A DNA stretch of 64,000 nt from positions 130,647 to 194,646 of the forward strand of contig JACROC010000007.1 of NCBI GenBank assembly GCA_016214655.1, given 5' to 3'. A program made the position numbers and the translations under genes. The notes beneath the pieces are model-generated. The model had not been told where the DNA came from and did not search any database. It was given only the letters and a program-made list of their open reading frames with translations. This document shows positions 57,054 through 64,000 of this stretch, piece by piece. The DNA comes from Candidatus Harrisonbacteria bacterium (GTDB lineage: Bacteria > Patescibacteriota > Minisyncoccia > UBA6257 > 02-FULL-45-10c). The number at the start of each line of letters is the position of its first letter. Positions within the stretch are counted from its first letter, which is position 1.

Positions 57054-57203
57054 TTATCTCTTTTTGAGTTCTTCCAAGATTCCCTTTAGGAGACTGTTAG
57101 TTTCATTTAAGGGCTCTAGAAAAAATACGCACAAGATCAATACTGCTAAGATTGGGCTAAACATTATTCCCAATCCCATGAGGGCTAGACAGGCTGTATA
57201 CAT
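57054..57203 (-). CDS. Small hydrophobic protein (49 aa)
   Basis: MYTACLALMGLGIMFSPILAVLILCVFFLEPLNETNSLLKGILEELKKR. AAAGGAGGA RBS 6 nt upstream. Below the ORF-table length cutoff. Confidence 0.45.
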   Translation of the reverse strand: MYTACLALMGLGIMFSPILAVLILCVFFLEPLNETNSLLKGILEELKKR

Positions 57204-57263
57204 TTGATCCTCCTTTGGCGAAAACTTTACGATTTAAATATAATATAGCATATAATTATAAAT

Positions 57264-58331
57264 ATGTCAAGTATAAATAAAAAATTGAGAGTTGGGATTT
57301 TGGGTGCCACCGGAATGGTTGGCCAGCGGTTTATCTCGCTTTTGGAAAATCATCCGTGGTTTGAAGTGGTGTGTTTAGCAGCTTCTCCGCAATCAGCTGG
57401 AAAATCGTATCAAGAAGCAGCTGGGGGGCGATGGAGTATGAAAAACCCTATTCCCGAAAAAAATCGTGATATGAAATTACAAGCCGTAGAAGAAGATTTT
57501 AATGAAATTATAAAAAAGGTTGATTTAGTTTTTTCCGCGATTGATATGGATAAAGAAAAAATTAAAGAAATTGAAGCGCGATACGCTGCGGCGGGTGCGG
57601 CAGTTATTTCCAATAATTCTGCGCATCGGTGGACCGAGGACGTGCCAATGGTGATACCCGAAATTAATGCTCATCATTTATCTTTGATCGACATTCAAAG
57701 GAAAAATCGCAGCTGGAAAAGTGGATTGCTAGTGGTAAAGCCGAATTGTTCTTTGCAGTCATATCTTCCAGTGGTGTATGCGCTTAAAGAATTTAAGCCG
57801 AAATATGTTTTGGTCACAACTTTACAGGCAATATCCGGCGCTGGTAAAACTTTTGAATCATGGCCGGAAATGGTAGATAACTGCACCCCTTTTATAAAAG
57901 GCGAGGAGGAAAAGACAGAAAAGGAACCGATGAAAATTTGGGGCGAAGATTGCCCGGTTATTTCCGCAACTTGCATCCGGGTTGCGGCCTCAGATGGCCA
58001 TATGGCTAGCGTTTCAGTGGAGTTTGAGAATAAACCAACGCTGGAGCAGATACGTAATGCGATTGATAATTTCTCAAATCCGCTTAACGAGTTAAATCTT
58101 CCTTCCGCGCCCGAAAAATTCATTAAATATTTTACCGAAGATGATCGTCCGCAGACTAAGTTAGACCGCGATTATGCTGGCGGTATGGGAATTACTTGCG
58201 GGAGATTTCGGGAAGATGGCAAATATGGGTGGAAATTTGTTGCACTTTCCCATAATACGATCCGTGGCGCAGCTGGTGGAGCGGTGCTGATTGCGGAATT
58301 GCTTCATAAAAAAGGATATTTAAATATTTAG
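57264..58331 (+). CDS. asd: Aspartate-semialdehyde dehydrogenase
   Basis: N-terminal NAD(P)-binding LGATGMVGQRF and the active-site Cys region. Confidence 0.85.
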   Translation: MSSINKKLRVGILGATGMVGQRFISLLENHPWFEVVCLAASPQSAGKSYQEAAGGRWSMKNPIPEKNRDMKLQAVEEDFNEIIKKVDLVFSAIDMDKEKIKEIEARYAAAGAAVISNNSAHRWTEDVPMVIPEINAHHLSLIDIQRKNRSWKSGLLVVKPNCSLQSYLPVVYALKEFKPKYVLVTTLQAISGAGKTFESWPEMVDNCTPFIKGEEEKTEKEPMKIWGEDCPVISATCIRVAASDGHMASVSVEFENKPTLEQIRNAIDNFSNPLNELNLPSAPEKFIKYFTEDDRPQTKLDRDYAGGMGITCGRFREDGKYGWKFVALSHNTIRGAAGGAVLIAELLHKKGYLNI

Positions 58332-58378
58332 TGATTAGCGACTAGCCATTAGCGACTGGAATTTGTATCATAAGAGAT

Positions 58379-58876
58379 ATGAAGGGTGTTACCTTAATTG
58401 GTATGCCAGGCTCGGGTAAGTCTACGGTCGGTAAATTACTTGCTAGCAGGCTTAATTTGAATTTTGTTGACTTAGACCTTTTGATTAAAGAAAAAACCGG
58501 TAAAACTCATCAGGAAATCTTGGAAAAAAGCGGAGATAAAGAATTACTAAAATTAGAAGAGCAATATACGCTTCAGTTAAACTTTGCCAATACCGTATTT
58601 TCTCCCGGCGGGAGCATTATTTATTCTCCGGCGGCGATGGCAAAATTGATCCGAGAAACAAATATTTTTTATTTAAATTTGCCGTTGGAAGAAATCAAGA
58701 AGCGTTTAGGAGAAAATATCGATTATCGCGGAATTGTCGGTCTGAAAGAAAAAGGCATTGAGGGGCTTTTTGAAGAACGCGTGCCGGCGTACCAATCTTG
58801 CGCGCATTATACGCTGGATTGCCACGGTTTTGATGAAAAAAGAATAGCGGAAGGAATTTTATGGCTGCTCAATTAA
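58379..58876 (+). CDS. aroK: Shikimate kinase
   Basis: P-loop GMPGSGKSTVGKLLA and a small NMP-kinase fold. Confidence 0.7.
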   Translation: MKGVTLIGMPGSGKSTVGKLLASRLNLNFVDLDLLIKEKTGKTHQEILEKSGDKELLKLEEQYTLQLNFANTVFSPGGSIIYSPAAMAKLIRETNIFYLNLPLEEIKKRLGENIDYRGIVGLKEKGIEGLFEERVPAYQSCAHYTLDCHGFDEKRIAEGILWLLN

Positions 58877-60192
58877 AGTTTTATAGTACAAATAAAAAAT
58901 CGCCTCGTGCTGATTTTAAACAAGTACTTATGCAAGGACTCGCCTCAGATGGCGGTCTTTTTGTGCCGGAGTTTTTCCCAAAATTGGAAAAGGGGTTTCT
59001 AGCCAATATCCGGGAAAAAGAATTTTGGGAGATTGCCTTAGAAATCAGCCAAAAGTTTATTCAGGATATTCCGCCAAAAGAATTAAAAAAAATCATCAAA
59101 GACTCTTTTAATTTTGAGGTACCACTGAAGCAATTAGATAATAATCTGTATATTTTAGAGTTATTTCATGGGCCAACATTAGCTTTTAAAGATTTTGGAG
59201 CGCGGTTTATGTCCCGGCTCATGAATTATTATTTGCGCCGCGAAAAGGAAAAATTAAACATCATCGTCGCTACTTCCGGGGATACCGGAAGTGCAGTTGC
59301 GCAAGGATTTTACGGATTATCTAATATTAAAGTTTTTATATTATACCCAAGCAAGCGTATTACCCCGCTGCAAGAAAAACAAATGACTACGCTCGGTAAA
59401 AATATTATTGCATTAGAAGTAAAAGGAAATTTTGATGATTGCCAAAAATTAGCTAAGCAAATACTTACTGATGGAGAATTAAAAAAGAAAATTAATTTGT
59501 CCTCTGCCAATTCCATTAATTTCGGCCGCCTACTCCCCCAATCTTTTTATTATTTTTACGGTTTTGCTCAATATGGTGGTCATTGCAAGACTTTAAAATT
59601 AAGGTCTTGCGATGACCTTATATTTGCTGTTCCAAGTGGGAATTTTGGTAATTTAACTGCCGGCTTGATGGCAAAACGCATGGGGCTCCCGGTGAGACAA
59701 TTTATAGCCGCCACTAATGCAAATGATATTGTGCCGCGTTATCTTAAGACTGGCAAATTTGTTTCACGCGTTTCCCGCAAAACAATTTCTAATGCTATGG
59801 ACGTTGGAAATCCGAGTAATTTTGTGAGGATGTTGGAAATGTATAGTCATGATTATAAAAAGATGGCTAAGGATATTATCGGGGTAAGTATTGGCGATCA
59901 ACAAACCCGTGAAACAATCAAAAATGTTTATCGCAAAATCGGATATATATTAGATCCGCATACTGCAGTTGGTGTTGCGGCGGCGCAAAAAAGTAATGTT
60001 TCACAGCCCATTATTGTTTTGAGTACTGCCCACCCGGCTAAATTTAAGGAGATAGTTGAACCCGTTATCGGCAAGAAAATTCTGTTGCCCGATCAACTAA
60101 AAGCGGTGATGAATAAAAAGAAAAGATCTATCATCATTAAAAATGATTTAGCTTCTGTGAGAAAGATTATTTTGGAGAAAAATTCGGCTTGA
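58861..60192 (+). CDS. thrC: Threonine synthase
   Basis: PLP-lysine region GPTLAFKDFG and the PLP-fold II layout. Start overlaps the aroK end. Confidence 0.8.
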   Translation: MAAQLKFYSTNKKSPRADFKQVLMQGLASDGGLFVPEFFPKLEKGFLANIREKEFWEIALEISQKFIQDIPPKELKKIIKDSFNFEVPLKQLDNNLYILELFHGPTLAFKDFGARFMSRLMNYYLRREKEKLNIIVATSGDTGSAVAQGFYGLSNIKVFILYPSKRITPLQEKQMTTLGKNIIALEVKGNFDDCQKLAKQILTDGELKKKINLSSANSINFGRLLPQSFYYFYGFAQYGGHCKTLKLRSCDDLIFAVPSGNFGNLTAGLMAKRMGLPVRQFIAATNANDIVPRYLKTGKFVSRVSRKTISNAMDVGNPSNFVRMLEMYSHDYKKMAKDIIGVSIGDQQTRETIKNVYRKIGYILDPHTAVGVAAAQKSNVSQPIIVLSTAHPAKFKEIVEPVIGKKILLPDQLKAVMNKKKRSIIIKNDLASVRKIILEKNSA

Positions 60193-60251
60193 CCTTTGAC
60201 CTTATTTTGCCCTAGTCTTTAATCATTGTTCTTTGAAATTGGGATCAAGAA

Positions 60252-61832
60252 ATGACCTTGAATCAGGTTTTTGACCGTGCTGTTAAAGAATATCCCAACA
60301 ATGCTGCCTTGATATTTTATGGAAAGAGAATTAGTTATCAGGATTTGCAAAAGCAAGTCGATCGGCTGGCGGCCGCGCTCCAGAATGCCGGTGTCAAAAA
60401 GGGTGATCGGGTGGCAATCATGCTCCCAAATTGTCCGCAAAACGTAATTTCCTATTTCGCTACTTTAAAAGCCGGCGGTATCGTGGCTCAATTTAATCCG
60501 CAGTACACCGCAGAAGAAGTTGCTGCACAATTGAAGGATTCCGGCGCTAAAATTTTAATCGGCTTGGATCTTTTTTCTGACCGATATTCAAAACTTGAAG
60601 GTGTCAATCTAGATGTTTTGGTTCTTGCTTCAATTGGTGAATACCTGCCATTTCCGTTGAATTGGCTATATTGGTTTAAAGAAAGACGGGATATACCGAA
60701 AAAGCCGGAAAACTTCATCGTTTCTCCGTTTAATAAATTTTTAAAATCCGGAGATGTTAGGAGACTTAGGAAAGCACATGTTTATTTTCCGGATGTGGCG
60801 GTTCTGCAATATACCGGCGGAACTACTGGTGTTCCGAAGGCCGCCGTACTTACGCACTCAAATCTAGTTTGGAACCTTATGCAAGTTGAAGAATTTTTTC
60901 CGGGATTGCAAAAGGAGAAAGAAATTATGCTGGCCGCGCCTCCGCTCTTTCATGTTTTTGCGATGACAGTTTGCCAGAACTTAATGGTAAGTTTAGGCGG
61001 CACTATTGTATTAGTTCCTAATCCGAGAGACTTAGGGTCCGTGATGAAAGCGATTCAAGAATACCGGCCAACAATTTTTCCCGGAGTGCCGCGGCTTTTC
61101 GCGGCAGTGAACGCTTATTTGGGGAAAAGAAAAGATGTTGATATGTCTTCAATTAAATATTGCATTTCCGGATCTGCTAAGCTGCCGGTTGAAGTTTTAG
61201 AAAGATTTGAGGAATTAACTGGCGCGCTTTTGGTAGAGGGCTATGGCCTTTCGGAGACGTCGCCGGTCGCGATTTGTAATCCGTTGGATCGTAATAAGCG
61301 CAGGAAGGGATCAATCGGTGTGCTGGTGCCAAATACGAAGGCTAAAATTATTGATGAATCCGGCGAGTTGGCGCTTAGTGGTCCACAGGTAATGAGGGGA
61401 TATTGGAATAAGCCGGAAGAAACAGAAAAAGTGCTGAAAATTATTGATGGTGAGCGATGGTTTTATACCGGTGATGTGGCAAAAAAAGATGGAGATGGCT
61501 ATTACTATATAGTTGATCGCATTAAAGATATGATTAATGTCGGAGGAGAGAAGGTTTTCTCGTTAGAAGTGGAAGAAGTATTAAGTAAGTGCCCCGGAGT
61601 TCAGGAAGTCGCAGTGGTCGGCATTAAAAATAGCCGAGGCAGCGAAGAGGTAAGAGGCTTTATTGTGAAAAAGGATTCTTCAATAAATGATGAAGAAATG
61701 GCAAGCCAACTTAAAGAGTTTGGCCGAGATAAACTTGCACCATACAAGATTCCAGTGAAGTTCGTATTTTTGGCCGAAATTCCAAAGACTGCGATAGGCA
61801 AAACTGATAAGAAAAAACTGAGACAAACGTAA
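60252..61832 (+). CDS. AMP-dependent synthetase/ligase (long-chain fatty-acid--CoA ligase-like)
   Basis: AMP-binding motif YTGGTTGVPKAA and C-terminal domain motifs. Confidence 0.8.
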   Translation: MTLNQVFDRAVKEYPNNAALIFYGKRISYQDLQKQVDRLAAALQNAGVKKGDRVAIMLPNCPQNVISYFATLKAGGIVAQFNPQYTAEEVAAQLKDSGAKILIGLDLFSDRYSKLEGVNLDVLVLASIGEYLPFPLNWLYWFKERRDIPKKPENFIVSPFNKFLKSGDVRRLRKAHVYFPDVAVLQYTGGTTGVPKAAVLTHSNLVWNLMQVEEFFPGLQKEKEIMLAAPPLFHVFAMTVCQNLMVSLGGTIVLVPNPRDLGSVMKAIQEYRPTIFPGVPRLFAAVNAYLGKRKDVDMSSIKYCISGSAKLPVEVLERFEELTGALLVEGYGLSETSPVAICNPLDRNKRRKGSIGVLVPNTKAKIIDESGELALSGPQVMRGYWNKPEETEKVLKIIDGERWFYTGDVAKKDGDGYYYIVDRIKDMINVGGEKVFSLEVEEVLSKCPGVQEVAVVGIKNSRGSEEVRGFIVKKDSSINDEEMASQLKEFGRDKLAPYKIPVKFVFLAEIPKTAIGKTDKKKLRQT

Positions 61833-61860
61833 GACCGCCTAACGGCGGTTTTTGATTTAA
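61833..61860 (+). terminator. Intrinsic terminator
   Basis: Hairpin gaccgcctaacggcggt followed by a T-run. Confidence 0.6.
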
Positions 61861-61866
61861 GTCTTC

Positions 61867-61941
61867 TGGAGCGGGTAACGGGAGTCGAACCCGTATCTTA
61901 ACCTTGGCAAGGTTACATAATAGCCGCTATACGATACCCGC
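61867..61941 (-). tRNA. tRNA-Gly (anticodon GCC) with encoded CCA
   Basis: Manual fold of the reverse strand: acceptor gcgggta/tacccgc, anticodon stem taacc/ggtta with loop ttGCCaa, T-stem acggg/cccgt, then t + cca. Confidence 0.75.
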
Positions 61942-61979
61942 AGTTGTTTATTATTTTATCAGCGATTATCTGTATTTTC

Positions 61980-62012
61980 AAGTAATAAAAAAATCCCCCA
62001 CATAAGTACTTT
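61980..62012 (-). terminator. Intrinsic terminator downstream of the minus-strand tRNA-Arg
   Basis: Hairpin cccccacataagtacttttgtggggg with a minus-strand T-run. Confidence 0.6.
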
Positions 62013-62051
62013 TGTGGGGGAGGCGTACCTTGATTTATTGACATTTCCGAA

Positions 62052-62126
62052 CTGGTGCGCTCGCGAGGAATCGAACCTCGATTACAAGATCCGCAATCTT
62101 GTGTCCTATCCGTTGAACGACGAGCG
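62052..62126 (-). tRNA. tRNA-Arg (anticodon GCG as encoded) with encoded CCA
   Basis: Manual fold of the reverse strand: acceptor gcgctcg/cgagcgc, D-stem gttc/ggac, anticodon stem caaga/tcttg with loop ttGCGga, T-stem cgagg/cctcg, then a + cca. Confidence 0.7.
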
Positions 62127-62198
62127 CAGCTAATAAATTATTGTAAACTATGATTTTGTCGCGGTAAAGGATCCACCTTTTAATTTAGAGATGACTCT

Positions 62199-62678
62199 TT
62201 AAAATCCGATCATTTTGGAAATCGCATCAGTCAGCGATTCTTCATATTCTATTTCTGGCAGATATTTTTTTAATAACTCTTTTATTTCCGGGATTTCCGC
62301 ATCCTCTAATAGAATTTTTAAGTAAGGATGTAATTTTGTTTTGGTTTTTAAGATCAGCTCCGTTCTATCGTGGCTTTCCAAAATATGGAATCCGGACAGT
62401 TCTTCATAGCCGTAAAATTTTATTTTTCCGATCTGCAGCCCCTTCCTATTAAGTTTGAATTCAATATTTTTCGGAAATTCTTTCGCCCACATGATAGTCA
62501 TGGCTTCGGCAATGACAATAAACATCGCGAAAAGCAGGTTTCTTTGCCAGAGGGCGATTAGAAATATAATCCCGGCTGCTATGAGAGTCAGCCAATACCA
62601 CCCTACGTCTTTGTGAACGTATCTAAATTCCGGAGCGGTCCAGGATATTTCTTTTTTTTCATCGAGTGTCGGGTCCAT
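62199..62678 (-). CDS. Hypothetical membrane protein (2 TM)
   Basis: 159-aa ORF overlapping the 3' end of ddl, consistent with an operon. Confidence 0.4.
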   Translation of the reverse strand: MDPTLDEKKEISWTAPEFRYVHKDVGWYWLTLIAAGIIFLIALWQRNLLFAMFIVIAEAMTIMWAKEFPKNIEFKLNRKGLQIGKIKFYGYEELSGFHILESHDRTELILKTKTKLHPYLKILLEDAEIPEIKELLKKYLPEIEYEESLTDAISKMIGF

Positions 62679-63633
62679 GTTTTTGGAGGGCGGATCTGAT
62701 TATTAATTCCAATAATTGAGGGAATTCAATCCCCATTGCTTTAGTTTGCTGCGGCAAAAGACTTGCTTCAGTCATGCCCGGGATAGTGTTCACCTCCAGG
62801 ATATGAAGATTATCTCCTTGTAATATCATATCAGTTCGGGACATGCCGGAACAGTTAAGGAGTTTATGGGCTTTAAGCGCTGCCATTTGAATTTGGCGGA
62901 TAGTTCTGTCTGGAAGTCTGGGCGGGGTTATTTCTTCGGAGCCATTTGTGTTATATTTCGCGTAATAATCAAAGTATTCGCTGGTTTTCGGTGTTATTTC
63001 CGTCGGTACCAGCGGGATCGGATTTCCATTAATTTCTAAAACTCCACAAGTCAGTTCTTTCCCTTGAATATAGTTTTGCGCGATCGCGGTGTTTGAATAT
63101 TGAAAGGCGTTGGTCAACGCTTTTTTAAGCTCCTGATTTTTTCGGACAATACTGATTCCGACGCTGGATCCCCGGTCAGCCGGTTTTATTACGAAAGGGG
63201 TTTTGAAATTTTTATTAATAACCCAATCAAGATAAGGATCGGTTTTTGATAGGGAGATGGATTTTGGAGTTAGAAGGCCGTTCTTGGTTAAAAGCAGCGC
63301 AGTTTTTTGTTTATTCATCGCCAGGGCGCTGGCAATCGGATCAGATCCGGTATAGGGAATTTGAAAAGTTTCTAAGGTTCCTTGTAATTGCCCGTCTTCG
63401 CCGTATTCCCCGTGCATGGCTATAAAAGCGACACCGCATTTTTCTTTGAGATCTGCCAAGGATATCGGCCAGGTTCCATCTTTTTCTATTTTTATCGGAA
63501 AGGCAGTAAACTTCCGCTTATCTAAATTTTTTATTACCATTTCTCCGGTTTTCAAAGAAACCTCATACTCGGAGGATGGTCCGCCCATTAAGACCGCAAC
63601 TCTTATTTTCTTATTCTTAACCATTACCTTCAT
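62659..63633 (-). CDS. ddl: D-alanine--D-alanine ligase
   Basis: N-terminal VAVLMGGPSSEYEVSLKTG, ATP-grasp domain, C-terminal conserved motifs. Confidence 0.85.
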   Translation of the reverse strand: MKVMVKNKKIRVAVLMGGPSSEYEVSLKTGEMVIKNLDKRKFTAFPIKIEKDGTWPISLADLKEKCGVAFIAMHGEYGEDGQLQGTLETFQIPYTGSDPIASALAMNKQKTALLLTKNGLLTPKSISLSKTDPYLDWVINKNFKTPFVIKPADRGSSVGISIVRKNQELKKALTNAFQYSNTAIAQNYIQGKELTCGVLEINGNPIPLVPTEITPKTSEYFDYYAKYNTNGSEEITPPRLPDRTIRQIQMAALKAHKLLNCSGMSRTDMILQGDNLHILEVNTIPGMTEASLLPQQTKAMGIEFPQLLELIIRSALQKHGPDTR

Positions 63634-63702
63634 TATAGCTTTTTAGAACTTATTTCAATAATGATTTTGTGATAAAAACGCCCAAGTGATTTTGGGCGTA
63701 AA

Positions 63703-64000
63703 TTAATACTCAGTTTCTTTTCTTAATTTCTTTTTTTTCGACTGGCGGTGCTTTTCTCCGAGTCTTTGCTCTTTGGCGGATTTCGGAACTTTGGTCGGCC
63801 TTCTTTCCGGGACGACTTCTAGAGAGTTATCCACCAGATCGTGCAGGATTTCAACGGCCGTGGTGCGATTAGCGGCTTGAGTTCTCTCGGTTTGCGAATA
63901 AACCATCAGGTCGCCTTCATCGTTAATGCGATTCTTTAATTTTTCACGGAGTAGTGTCCTTTGATCGTTAGTAAGAGCCGGAGAGTTTTCAAAATTCCAT
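63703..64000 (-). CDS. Hypothetical protein with a Lys-rich C-terminal tail; stop at 63703, upstream end runs off the window
   Basis: Frame stays open upstream of the tabulated Met to the window end (...LLREKLKNRINDEGDLMVYSQTERTQAANRTT...KKKKLRKETEY). Confidence 0.35.
   Translation of the reverse strand, partial: WNFENSPALTNDQRTLLREKLKNRINDEGDLMVYSQTERTQAANRTTAVEILHDLVDNSLEVVPERRPTKVPKSAKEQRLGEKHRQSKKKKLRKETEY

Overview
This window reads as a low-GC (roughly 40% by eye) bacterial chromosome segment dense with housekeeping genes, interrupted by several GC-anomalous accessory islets and at least three families of structured intergenic repeats.

Housekeeping genes recognised: rsmA/ksgA, a UvrD/PcrA-like helicase, a LysM-M23 peptidase, flotillin- and SPFH-family proteins, DksA/TraR, ComM/YifB, pnp, rpsO, a XerC/D-like recombinase, a CPBP protease, gyrA, an S1-domain rpsA-like gene, ftsH, nusA, a membrane H+-pyrophosphatase, tig, clpP, tyrS, thrA, asd, aroK, thrC, an acyl-CoA ligase, ddl, and five tRNAs.

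Native genes almost never carry a Shine-Dalgarno sequence. Genes in the GC-rich islets nearly always carry a canonical GGAGG. The three native tRNAs (Leu, Gly, Arg) encode their 3' CCA. Two tRNAs inside an accessory region (Ile-UAU, Val-UAC) do not.

The signals I consider most worth follow-up:
- A three-gene island at 4751-8071, about 50/66/50% GC, encoding a beta-CASP MBL nuclease and two unknown proteins.
- A roughly 145-nt multi-hairpin element present in at least three copies, with compensatory base changes, each copy lying next to an islet.
- A roughly 100-nt AT-rich repeat immediately upstream of pnp and nusA, plus a third copy following thrA about 270 nt upstream of asd, and a degenerate copy between rpsO and the NYN gene.
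- A classical thr-type leader peptide (MKLVFAIITTTTTRFPAGEF) and attenuator upstream of thrA.
- A tandem array of four VirB2/TrbC-topology pilin-like genes.
- A tRNA-associated accessory region (32.6-41.4 kb) carrying a phage-sized ATP-dependent ligase, a LAGLIDADG homing endonuclease flanked by GTGAAACA repeats, a YraN nuclease and paralogous GC-rich membrane proteins.
- A long-range helix that sequesters the rpsA start codon.
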